A stretch of 64,000 nucleotides of DNA from Amoebidium appalachense (lineage: Eukaryota > Protista > Ichthyosporea). The DNA is taken from assembly GCA_963693365.1 (NCBI GenBank), contig CAVNZM010000006.1:1674001-1738000 (forward strand), written 5' to 3'. The notes beneath the pieces are model-generated. The model had not been told where the DNA came from. It ran no database searches and was given only the letters and a program-made list of their open reading frames with translations. Position 1 is the first letter of the stretch. The number at the start of each line of letters is the position of its first letter. The translations under genes and the position numbers were made by a program. Of this stretch, positions 15,501 through 47,566 are shown in pieces.

Positions 15501-18500
15501 TTTCAGTCCGACGGGGGGGGCGAGTACATGGGCACGGCCTTCGGGGACTACAACCGTGAGCATGGCATTCGCCATCAGATCACTACCACCGGCTCTCCTC
15601 AACAGAATGGGACTGCCGAACGACTGAACCGGACCCTCCTCGACATGGTTCGGGCACTCCTGCAGCAGTCCGGCCTTCCGGTGGGATTCTGGGCCGAGGC
15701 AGCTGTGACCGCGGCTTTTATACGCAACATGCTCCCGTCGCGAGCCACCGGCAGCCAATCGTCTCCCGCCCTGCTGTGGACCGGCATTCCTCCCGACTAC
15801 AGCCGGCTCCGTGTCTGGGGCTCTCCCTGCTACGTCCATCAACAGGATACACCGAAACTGGCGCCTCGTGCCGTCAAGGGCATCTTCGTGGGCTACCCTC
15901 CTAACATCAAGGGCTACAAGGTCTGGATTCCAGCAGCACACAAGATGACCGTCAGCCGTGACGTGCAGTTCGACGAGGCTGCTATTCTGCACCCCCTCCG
16001 TGATGTCCCATCTGATTGGTCGACCGCACCGGCAATTCATCATTTTTTGGAGTCATCTGATTCGTCAAATCAGCCAGCCAATCACATCGTCCGGAATGAT
16101 CAGCAATCTGATTCGTCTCGTCTGTCAGCCAATGGGACAGCGCCGAGTGATCAATTGGACATTCCGATCCTGCCCGAGCCTGCACATCGGCTCCCCCGGA
16201 CGACCCGTAGTGGCGCTGTGTACAACGACCAACGTCGAGGCCCGACTGCCAACGTGGCTGCTGCTACGGCCCCCCTTGCCCCCCAGGCTACGGCTCCTGC
16301 ATCAACACCCATCAAGGCTTCCACCATTGTTGTCCCCAAGACTGTCCGGGCTGCACTCAAGAGTCCCCAGCGTCTGAAATGGGAGGAGGCTGCACACCGT
16401 GAGCTCAAGGCCCTGGAAGACAACGGCACCTTCACCCTTGTGCCCCGTCCAGAGGATGGCTCCACTGTCATTCCGGTCGGCTGGGTCTTTACGGTCAAGC
16501 AGGACAACGTCGGCAACGTCACTGCTTTCAAGGCCCGGCTTGTGGCCCGGGGCAACTACCAGCAGCCTGGCCAGGACTATTTCGTCACCGAGTCACCTGT
16601 GGCTGCGCTGGCTACCATCCGGCTGGTTTTGGCTACCTCCGTGGCCCAAGGTCTGCCTCTGCGCCACATCGACGTCAACACAGCATTCCTCAACGGCACC
16701 GTCAACGAGACCATCTACATTGAGCAGCCCCCTGGCTTCGTCAACCCCTCGGCCCCCCATGCTGTCGGCTTGCTCCACAAGGCGCTCTACGGCCTAAAAC
16801 AGGCACCGCGCCAGTGGTATGAGGCCCTCCGTGACCATCTCCTCGACCAAGGCTTCATTGTGAGTGCTGCTGACCCGTGCCTGTTCATCAAGAATGCCGG
16901 GACCCCAACATTTATTGCCCTTGCTGCCTACGTGGATGACTTCACCGTGACGGCCGCCACTGATGCGCTCATCGACGATTTTTTCACCAAGCTGGATGCT
17001 CGTTTCTCTGCCAAGGACCTGGGTCGTCCTACCCTGCTCATCGGGCACACTCTTACCTGGCTGGAGGACGGGTCTCTGCGTCTGGGCCATCGTCAACACA
17101 TCATCGACTTGGCTGCCCGTTTTCGTCTCACCCACATGTCCGGCACCAAGACCCCCATCGTCCCGGGCCAGGCCAGTGAAAGCAACAAGACCCCAGCCTA
17201 CAGCAAGAAGGAGGACTATGCCAGCCTGGTCGGTGCCCTGCTGTGGATTGCGCGTACCACCCGCCCCGACATTTCCCAGGCTCTGGGAGTCCTTACTCGA
17301 CACATTCATGCGCCCACCGTCACCCACTGGACTATGGCTACCAGAGTTGTAAGCTACCTGCTGGCCACCATCGACCTGGGTATTGTCTACCGTCCCGGCC
17401 CCCCCAACCTTGTTGGCTACTCCGACTCCGACTACGCCGAGGACCGCGACACCCGGCGCTCCACCACGGGCTATGTCTTCTTCATAAACTCCTCCCCTGT
17501 GTCCTGGGTGTCTCGGCTCCAGTCCATCACCACCCACAGCTCCACTGAGGCTGAATTTGTGGCCATGTCTGCTGCTACGAACGAGGCCCTATGGCTCAAC
17601 TATGTGATGGACGACCTGGGCCTTAATCCTATCAATGAGCCCACCCCGGTGCCCATCCATGGGGACAATGAGTCTGCCCGGGCCCTGCTGGACACCCTGG
17701 GGGTTAAGCCCAAGACCAAGCACATCGACGTCCGCTACTGCTCCGTCAAGGAACATCACCTGCTGGGCAACATCACTGTGGTCCCGGTGGCTTCTGCTGA
17801 CAACAAGGCCGACATGTTCACCAAGGCCCTGTCTGCCTCTTTCTTCACCAAGGCCGTGGGGATGCTCAACATGTGCTGAGCACCCGTCATCAACCAACTG
17901 CGCCCTCATACTTCAGGGGGGGGGAGAGAGTTGCATCCGACTGTGCAACTACGTGTACCATACTAAAATTGAGTAGGGGAATCTTTATTGTCTGTATTTT
18001 GTGCACCTGAAGCACTCGAGCTCAGTTGCATTAATTCATACCACAATTATCCAATTGAGTAGGGGTGTTGGAGTACACTGGTACTCCCGGCTAGCAATGT
18101 CTGTTAGAGAAAGTTTCTGAGCAATTGAATAACTGTTTCAACACTCACTCGAGTGCATAGAGCTTTTGTTTACGGTCATATTCATATATGGTAGTTATAT
18201 GTTTGAGCCAAAACTGTACCAATGACGAGCTTCACTAGCAACGTGCTAATTGTGCTCATTAATTAATATTCCCGGTTCAGATGATGTCATGTCTATATTT
18301 GCCACAGGATTCTATTCTTAGAGTGGTAGTGTGCTTTATTCCCGGATATTCTCAGAATATTTTTAGTTGTGTGAAGCAAGATTTACGTTTAACTGCAATT
18401 GGTGTGTTAAACACGTTTATTTGTGTGCTTTAGTGCAAGTTAACTAGCCACTCAACGTGCACAGTTAACTTTTATATCTTTAACGACTTGTTTTCATTGT

Positions 18501-18826
18501 GCTCTCTTTTCGGCCATGCTGTACATGGCCCACCACCAGGGTGCACACGAGGCCACCATGAGGTGGCCAACGACTATATAAAGCAGTGCCTCCCATGTCA
18601 CAAACATGGGAAGCAGAACGTTTGATTTACACTTTTCTACTGTCGTTTCCAGTGCACAAAACACATAGACTAGTTACCCATCATACACGACACTATGTCT
18701 GACAACTTACAGTTGCAGCAACTAGTCCAACTACTGGAGCAGAGGTTGGCCTCACAAGATGCAATCATTTCTGACTTACAGAAGGAACAACGTGCACTAG
18801 AACTAGCTTCTATGAACACAATGTCC

Positions 18827-18874
<48 letters not shown>

Positions 18875-19985
18875 ACGTAACACCCTCGCAACATGCTCCG
18901 GCATAAGTAAAGTTTCTTTCACCATTATGTCTTTCGTCATATTTGCCCTTCAAGAACACTACGTCCGTTCTCCAGTGGCATGCAAAACCAGTGTGAACTG
19001 AATGTTTCAGCTAGTATTCGAATTGTGGATGCATGCATCCAGAGCGAAAAAAGCATGCTGCAGCTGGTAGAACTAAATACCTGTCGTGTCATTAGTAGGT
19101 GGGGTGGTCGCAGGCGTCACGGAAACACCACCCACAACTGGAATACACGGTTCGTTTGTGTAGTCGGTGGATGTTGGAGCAACGGACGGTTCCTCGGTCA
19201 TAGGGACAGGGGTGGCGGAAGAATCTGGGACGAGAGGGCTGACTTCAGCAGAAGAGGTCTCAGAAGCATTCTGGGGAGTCTCTTGATTGGTCTGGGTGAA
19301 TGTCTGTGTAACGGAAACGAGGTCCACTTCGGCCTCAGCTGCAACAGCTGCTCCGGGGGCACGAGGGGATATGTCTTCGTTGTTGGTCACGGTAGTGATA
19401 GAGACGGTTTCGGTGTTCGCAGTCTCTGGTTCGACAACACTGGCTGTGGGCAGCAGGACGTCTGCAGTCGCCGGCAGAGTGGCCTCCTTGTTATCCGATG
19501 GGGCGGTGGGCAGTTCTAGGTCACTGTCTTTCGTTGGGCCCGGCGAATTGTCAGCTATGTCGACAGCACTGGTGTGGATGATCTGGCTGTTGGCGGTTGC
19601 AAACGACTTCTCTTCGCGCTCAAGGCGAACATAGCTGGCGGCCAGAACAGACATCAAGTTGGTGATCTCCGCAATATGCTGGGCTGATTCGGTTTCGGAC
19701 GTATCAAACGAAAATTCGGATGCAGCAGACTCGTCTATTAAGCCAGCCTCATTGCTCGAAAGCGCCATGTCCAGGCTGAGTGGCGATTGCTGGGCAAGGT
19801 CCTCAATCAGCTCCCGAGGCATCTTCACAGCTTGGCGGTCTTTCGCTGCCTGCGTTGAGATGTAACAGTGTGTAAGTATGTGGCCATTTTTTTTGGGCCG
19901 GGTCAATATGAGAGTGTCAAGATAGAAGGATGCGCAGTTGTTTGCGTCACGGTGTGTGGAGTGGGGGAGAGGGTGGGTGGGGCGG

Positions 19986-20023
<38 letters not shown>

Positions 20024-20190
20024 AAGAATGCAATACCATGATAACACAAGGATATGTAGCATGGGAAAAACCCACGTGCAAAGGAGGGGAAGAAAAGTAA
20101 CAATCTTGAGAGGATGGGGAGCTACTCTACACGCAGTGTGCGTGTGGGTGGGTGGGTGGGTGGGTGGTGGTGGTGGTGGTGGTGGTAGTG

Positions 20191-20234
<44 letters not shown>

Positions 20235-21502
20235 ATAAAATGGGGCCCTGGTGGGAGAGCCTGGCTTTGTATGTGTAGATCTCGAATTTGAAACAAACCA
20301 TTATCCAAGGATCAAGGATCAAGCATGCTGATCAACTCAAATTGAAACAGCAGAATGACCCTGTTTGCCTCCACCACTACAAAAAGTGAAAAGAAATAAA
20401 ACAGAAATTCTCACACCGTGCATTTTCATTCAAAATCATATAACCTTGTTCACAACACTGGCAAAGCGTAAGGTTACTGGTGGTTACCAACCTCAGCTGG
20501 ATCTGCTTCGATCCGAGAGCGGCATCGGTCGATCTCCTCCAGCAGCCGAGACTTGACGTCATCACTTGAACTCTTCAGAATGGTGTTCAGGAACTCGCTT
20601 GCCGAAACTCGGTTTTTGTTACCGTCGGTGTCCTCGACATGAGCAGCCAGCATCCCCTCTAGGCTCTTGCGACGAGGGGCAAAGCGAGGGTCACTAACTA
20701 ATTCCCAAAGTGTGAGAAACTCATTCATGCGGACACGCTCCCACTGGACCATGCTCCTCTTACGGGCGAGAGTTGGAGAGTCGCGCAGTTTGGAGCTGGT
20801 CTCCAGTCGGTTGATGATGTTGCTGATACCGCTGGACATGCGCTTGCCGACGTCACCAGTTTTCCTCACAGGCTCATCTTGCCCCTGCTTGTGCAGACAA
20901 GTAATGAGAAACGTGCTTCCCCGTCGAGGCTAATATTCTGGCCTGGTCTAACCTCTTTCGAGAAAAGAAATAGAACTAGCTTGCATGAATAGGCAAAAAA
21001 TGATATCCATCGAAACGGCGCGTCAAGAATTACCTTGCGGCTTGTAACTGAAAGGGCAACAGGGCAACACTAAGTGAAGGTAACTATTTTTATCAAAAGC
21101 ACAGCATCCTGTTTTCACTGCAAATAAAGATTAGAAAGCAAAAAATACCTGGTCAACAGTAGTAGGAACCTCGTTGCTTCCCTCGGTGCTCTCCTGGTAG
21201 TCTTGTGAAGCTGTTGGCTCGGTGAAAGTAACACGTTTGTCGGCGATGGTTTCAACCTCCTCTGTCATCGAAGCAGTCGACGACTCATGGTTCAGCTGAG
21301 GTGGTGCATCGATCGTTTCCGTTTCTTTCTCCGGATCCATATTTACTTCTTTCTCAGCAGCTATGTCGTCTCGAGGAACACCGGTGTCTACAACATGCTC
21401 CTGGTCGTTTTCACCTTGAACAGGGCAAGCAGATGCAGCGGTCATCTTCTTTGCCTTAGCCCCAGCAGAATTTGGCTTTCTCCCCTTATTCTTCTTTCCC
21501 AT
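12502..21502 (-). CDS. Uncharacterised ~613-aa acidic, low-complexity protein with C-terminal hydrophobic hairpin; 4 exons, copia element in intron 3
   Basis: Exons 21149-21502, 20492-20884, 19081-19849 and 12502-12827 join in phase (0/0/1) through GT-AG junctions, with a CTAAC branch site before the last exon. The last exon encodes LIVAVVLLVGGAISIPIVLFTWPVLLPILLIL. Confidence 0.75.
12953..13717 (+). repeat. 5' LTR (765 bp)
   Basis: Begins TGTTGGA and ends TCCAACA (7-bp terminal inverted repeat). Matches 18066-18830 at a constant offset of 5113. Confidence 0.95.
13462..13469 (+). promoter_or_regulatory. Putative LTR TATA box
   Basis: TATATAAA ~120 bp upstream of the gag ATG, just after a GGCCACC-atga-GGTGGCC hairpin; repeated in the 3' LTR. 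Confidence 0.55.
13582..14790 (+). CDS. gag: Gag (capsid plus nucleocapsid zinc knuckles)
   Basis: 402-aa ORF with a copia-like N-terminal gag region (IPLFTG...YHTWAETM), a CCHC knuckle (CHGCGKPGHIKSQC) and two C-x2-H-x5-H-x4-C repeats. Confidence 0.9.
   Translation: MSDNLQLQQLVQLLEQRLASQDAIISDLQKEQRALELASMNTMSNRVMGPSRNDSIKFKVDIPLFTGIDNDSGTDYHTWAETMYVQLSGAGLLHTIAPSTEHPATREQVDTARSYLWQALSIDVRCILGLTRTTTPAEIWSALSAHYLEQSEANQYDLIGLYMNSTPEPTDTATKYAMKLRGYVRRLADYGTQIGDAQVLTKLTNDLGKVPYYEMPVIAYKMTPKPTVMGLLQQLRAYETSHPRARVTTSSGPAAFTTRAPQPVICHGCGKPGHIKSQCPNGNGQHSNSGNNRASTYPKGSCVNHPLSTSHTTAMCKGGNRANGRKPKGGPLLPGSCINHPASTTHTTAQCKGGLPLPGLSSCLATTVAPTRCSSTLEPLTMCAPGPMCSSTCVRRLTPRSK
13718..13730 (+). promoter_or_regulatory. 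Primer-binding site complementary to the anticodon arm of initiator tRNA-Met
   Basis: GGGTTATGGGCCC directly follows the 5' LTR. It is the reverse complement of GGGCCCAUAACCC of tRNAiMet, the same PBS type as Drosophila copia. Confidence 0.85.
14631..17879 (+). CDS. pol: Pol polyprotein (protease, integrase, reverse transcriptase, RNase H)
   Basis: Protease LLDSGATDH. Integrase WHYRLGH...CEPC, VHSD, QSDGGGEY, QQNGTAER, GY....KGY. RT KARLVARG, DVNTAFLNG, LYGLKQAPRQW, YVDD. RNase H YSDSDYA, STEAE, DNESA, KHID, ADMFTKAL. Lies in the -1 frame relative to gag. Confidence 0.96.
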   Translation: MQGGAAAPRAFLMSSNDCGTNKVLLDSGATDHVCPRPDVFINMRAAPYSTVQVADKGACAVLGVGDVFFSSTIDGVTAVHQLTDVLYVPSIPDTLISVFTATTNGVLPRFDTRGGVKLCYGDQILATGSAVGTKLYHMAVSLLRADTTPDAQTTTAPRILKVTADLNTWHYRLGHAGIDAVRSVIKSAGLLVGGGAKSPGVCEPCALGKAHRVAFSESTSQAPRVLAKVHSDISGPFPPAIGGAQYLATFHDEFTGHTTAVPLVKKSDTLAAYVTYHKAAVTQHGVPMQVFQSDGGGEYMGTAFGDYNREHGIRHQITTTGSPQQNGTAERLNRTLLDMVRALLQQSGLPVGFWAEAAVTAAFIRNMLPSRATGSQSSPALLWTGIPPDYSRLRVWGSPCYVHQQDTPKLAPRAVKGIFVGYPPNIKGYKVWIPAAHKMTVSRDVQFDEAAILHPLRDVPSDWSTAPAIHHFLESSDSSNQPANHIVRNDQQSDSSRLSANGTAPSDQLDIPILPEPAHRLPRTTRSGAVYNDQRRGPTANVAAATAPLAPQATAPASTPIKASTIVVPKTVRAALKSPQRLKWEEAAHRELKALEDNGTFTLVPRPEDGSTVIPVGWVFTVKQDNVGNVTAFKARLVARGNYQQPGQDYFVTESPVAALATIRLVLATSVAQGLPLRHIDVNTAFLNGTVNETIYIEQPPGFVNPSAPHAVGLLHKALYGLKQAPRQWYEALRDHLLDQGFIVSAADPCLFIKNAGTPTFIALAAYVDDFTVTAATDALIDDFFTKLDARFSAKDLGRPTLLIGHTLTWLEDGSLRLGHRQHIIDLAARFRLTHMSGTKTPIVPGQASESNKTPAYSKKEDYASLVGALLWIARTTRPDISQALGVLTRHIHAPTVTHWTMATRVVSYLLATIDLGIVYRPGPPNLVGYSDSDYAEDRDTRRSTTGYVFFINSSPVSWVSRLQSITTHSSTEAEFVAMSAATNEALWLNYVMDDLGLNPINEPTPVPIHGDNESARALLDTLGVKPKTKHIDVRYCSVKEHHLLGNITVVPVASADNKADMFTKALSASFFTKAVGMLNMC
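18053..18065 (+). promoter_or_regulatory. Polypurine tract
   Basis: AATTGAGTAGGGG abuts the TG of the 3' LTR; an identical 13-mer lies at 17967-17979. Confidence 0.75.
18066..18830 (+). repeat. 3' LTR
   Basis: Appears identical to the 5' LTR except that the terminal A reads as C where it runs into the flanking poly-C. Confidence 0.95.
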
Positions 21503-23601
21503 TCTGCTATTCTAAAACACAAACCTCCTTTTATATGCGCTCAGGTGTGTTTCCTAATAGGGCAAGTATCTACTTCAGAGATAAGAACACGTGAACGCTC
21601 CCACACCAAGTCTGTGCACCCTGAAACCTTCTCAGCGAACCTTCTCTTCTCATCAAACTGAAAGAATCCTTTTGCGTGTTGTGTACACATGGAAACGCAG
21701 ATGATTGGCCAGTTTTGTACCATGGCTCAGCACGTGAAAGCGAAGCAACATCTAGACAAAACTTCCCACGAGCTCGTGAGTTTGTTAAAATAAGCATACT
21801 AGAAATATTAAACATATGTTAGTTTTTTCTTTTGATATTTGCACTACATTGTTAAAACATTTATAAGGCTTTAGAAAATCGACGTTGAAATGGTGAGCCT
21901 CACTCCAATCTGATTGGACGAGTGGCGATGCTAATTCCGCCAATAGGGTTCATGCAGCTGGGAACAAGTTGACACGGTGACGGTCGTCGGTCAGCACACT
22001 GTGCGAGTCATGAAGGCTCTGATTGTATACGTAGGAGAGTCTGTAGCTACGCTGCCACGTGCGGCTGTGGCCTCAGCCGCCTGATAGGGGTGCATTGGTG
22101 TTCTGTAGGACATGTCGGCTCCGCCCGCGCCCAGCTCAGGCCAGCTGTGCGCCCGAGCCGGCTATACTGCTCACCGAGTCTCGGCTACTATGCATACACA
22201 CTGTGCTGAAAGCAGCGGAGTATCCCTAGAATTCAAAATAAATTTGCGCGAAAAATAAGACTATGCAGCTGCCACTGTGGGCACGCTGGCGCATGTAGGC
22301 ATGGATTTCTGAGGGGCGCTTGCAACGACCGCCGTCTTGTTGGAGCATGCATGCACACTGTCGTTTCGATTTCACTGTTGCATATGTATATTCATGTGTG
22401 CCCACCATACACACTGGAGCTGAATCTTATTAGCCAACACTTCGCATGATGAAGAGCCCAAGCTTGTTGCCGTACCTAGGCCGGCTGTAATTATTGGTTG
22501 ACTCAACATGGAGTAGATGCATATGCTCGGGTTGATTATTCGTTGTTACAAGTGTGGCTGTAAGCTACGACGAAAGGTAGCCCTACGTCTTTCGACCCAC
22601 AATGCACCTGTCAGGGATCCGATTCCGGCCCTGACCAATCTCAGCTTGAAGCGCCATCAGCTCGCACTCAGATCAGTTGCCGCCAATAATTCATGTTCAC
22701 GAAGCTTCGAAAAATGATCCGACCATAATTCTATGAGGTGCCTAACATTGACAGTCCGCAATAAAAAAGTTGTAAAAAGAAAGAACTTCTGCGACTATCT
22801 TAACATACTATTTGTCAAAAAAACAACAAACAGTACTTCGACAAAGAGGAAACCTCCTACTCGTGTTCAAAGATATCCACACTCGAGTTTGACTGTTATG
22901 CAGTACTAACAAGAAAAAAGCTCGCTCCAGACAGCTTTCTTCTGAGTACCCTGCTCCACACCGCGCTGCGTCACAAAGTGATCGACGATATCGTGTTCAC
23001 CCTTTTTATACCTCTCCACTAGCCGCTAAGACAAATACCGTGATTCCTACCCAACCATTTCATTCAAAAGGCCTACCCAATGGTATCGCCCGGTTGTGCA
23101 AGCTACAGGTGTAATTACCGCTCATTAGCTAACTTTCACAACCGGGCCCTCCGACTGGTTCACTATCACGGCTCACGAGGCCACTTCTGCAACTTCCACG
23201 ACCGAAGAATCTGACTGGTCCCCTGCTAACGACGTCATTAGCGCAAGTTTCACAACCGCGCAACCCGATTCGCCACATAAATCTCCCCAGACCCACGTCT
23301 TCCGTATCGTGCTCTACCTAGCGCCCGCCGCCGCCTGACCGCCTTACGTAAGGCTTACGTAAGGCCCTGCGCAGACCTCCCCCCAAACCTCCATATCGTG
23401 GTCTGGCCCCCCCGACCCCACCGCCTTACGTAACCCCGGCCCCGCGCCAGCCAACCAAACGGCCCGGTTGTGGAAGAAGGCCGAATCTGCCGGGGGGCCC
23501 CCTACGGTGTTTGAAAGTAGCCAGTCAAAGAGACACGGAAATAAGGGAGACAACTTATGAGCTGTCAATTGATCAGGAAGGTAGGGAAATGGGTTCTGGA
23601 G

Positions 23602-24480
<879 letters not shown>

Positions 24481-26567
24481 TTCTGGAGCGTAGGCTGTAG
24501 GCCCAAGACGTGCCCAAGTGCTCCGTGTACTATCATCGTGTGTGCAGTTAACGTTTGTACACCGGTACCTGCCAGTGGCGTGAGCGTTGGCTGGTGAAGT
24601 ACATCAAAAGATCCACAATCATGGGCTGTGGAACAGAATCATGTGTGACCATAGTATCCAGAACTGTGCTTTGAGCTTTTTAGTGAGATTTCTTGCAAAT
24701 GGTGGGATGAACATGAGTATACTAAGAGATTCAGGGGATGCAGGCACTGGCATGAGCCCAGTCTGAGACAACCTGTATAAATACTAAAGGAGGCCTATTG
24801 GAGTTCTTCCTTGCACTACGGTTTGGCAAAAGAGTTGTAGCAAATTGTATTGGCATGGGCACACATCCCAAACAGAGCCCCCACTCCTCCTCCTCCTCCT
24901 CCCCCCTCCCCCCCCCCCCTCCCCCCCCCTCCCCCCCCCCCCCCCCCCAAAAGAAAGAAAGAGGGAACGTTGCAAGAGTCCACACTTAAAACACACCTAC
25001 ACAAAACTAAACGCCAGTCTGGTAAAAGTAGACACGCCTTGGCACTGCGCTACTGTAACGGAGTGTGCATGCGGCCCTCAACACCAGCAGAGAACCACAA
25101 GATGAACAGTTGCCCCACACACTCCACAGTCAAGGAATTTTCGCAAGGGACACCACCTGAAATACCCGACTGCGGAATTCCAAAAAGCCAAAACCCCTTC
25201 TAACACACAAAGAACATTTGAGCTTTCAAGTAAACAGACACATTCCCACCATGTCAAGATCATTTATGGTTGAGGCTCCTAGTAAAGCAGGTTAACGTTG
25301 AACCTTAAGGACCGGCACGTTGTTGTTGAGTCCACGTTTACAGAGTGCCCTTTTCGCGAGGCCGGTACCATGACCTCTTCATTGTTGCGTCCTGGTGCCG
25401 CCATTGCCTATACAGAGACCTAAGGAACAAAGGGGGAAGGAGATGTACATACTCATAAGTTCACAATCGGTTCCTGTTAGAGTGGCCACGGCTTTGTTCG
25501 AATGCAGAAGTTCGCCGGTCGGAGTTCACACATCGCGACTCAAGAAAAAAGAAAAAAAACAAACAAGGAAAAGAGATGAATTGAAGCCATGACTGATAAT
25601 AGAGAATATTGCCCAACACCGAACCCTTTTGCACTTTAATTATGAGATTACAGAAAAGACATTACTCAAGCGAATGTGCACCTCAACTTTGCCTCCCCTT
25701 GCATATTTTTCCGTCGAATAAATCCAGTCAAAAGAAAAATTCCCAACCTAGCCAGGGAAAAGTCAACTGCGCGCGTAAAAAAGACCAATCAACGCTGAGA
25801 CAGCACATGCAACGTCATCACGACCACACACCTTCGTGCTTTCACGGTAGCGGCACCTTTCGAATTCACCACGGCAAAGGCCCAGCATGTGCATTTGTTG
25901 GTGTTTTTCTAATACATTTTAACCGTAGCCTGTGTTGTGCAAGCGAAGAAAGCTTACTAGTGTGGCACCTGTGGTTGAGCGAGGCATGCCACAGGCGCGG
26001 TGTCCTAGTGTGGCAACTTTGGATGGTGCAAAGCAGCTGTGGTAGTTTTCCGGAAAGGTCCGACACCAAAACCAGCACTTTTTCAACGTTTCGACCAGGA
26101 CCCAACGTTAACGTTTCGACCCCATGAATCCCGTGCCTGAATTCTTGGCACTTAACTGCAGCTCAAGATTTTTCTTCTTATGGCGTAGTAATTGATGTGG
26201 ATGTGGCAGTAGGAGTTTCTGGTTTAGTGTTTGGCTGAGCAATCAGTGGTTGGTGATATCGGGAAGGATAATCTGTCCAAGTCACCGTATTTCCCGAATT
26301 CATTTTGTCTTTTAGTATAAGGCTGCTCCTCAAACTTAGGAATTATTGGTGCCGTTATTAGTCAGCTTTTATGCTGGCTGCCGAGTCTGGAATAAGCAAA
26401 GGCAAGCTGTGAAGCTATTCTTGGTGCCGAAGCACTTCAGCGTCATTGCTCGGTCCTTGTTTTCATCGGTGGCTTTGCCTTTTGGGTTTCACAAAGACAG
26501 TTTTTTAGGCATCAAAATCCCTAGCATTGCTGCTGGGGACGGAGGCGGCTGCAGTCTAGGCTTCACC

Positions 26568-47566
<20,999 letters not shown>

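Larger units (their letters stand above)
12953..18830 (+). mobile_element. Full-length Ty1/copia LTR retrotransposon, half-tRNA primed (Hemivirus-type)
   Basis: Two 765-bp direct LTRs, PBS, gag, pol in the copia order PR-IN-RT-RH, and a PPT. Both flanks are C-runs, so the TSD is CCCCC-type. Confidence 0.97.

Noticed and set aside
15306-17909. Long antisense ORFs over pol (245, 247 and 134 aa)
   Set aside because: These are the expected shadow of GC3-rich codon usage and show no domain signatures.
18695-18880. 61-aa ORF as an independent host gene
   Set aside because: It is the LTR-encoded Gag N-terminus duplicated in the 3' LTR; covered as a finding.
25395-26127. ORFs upstream of the USP gene (65 and 172 aa)
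   Set aside because: Non-ATG starts, no motifs and no consistent splice chain; more likely promoter or UTR sequence.
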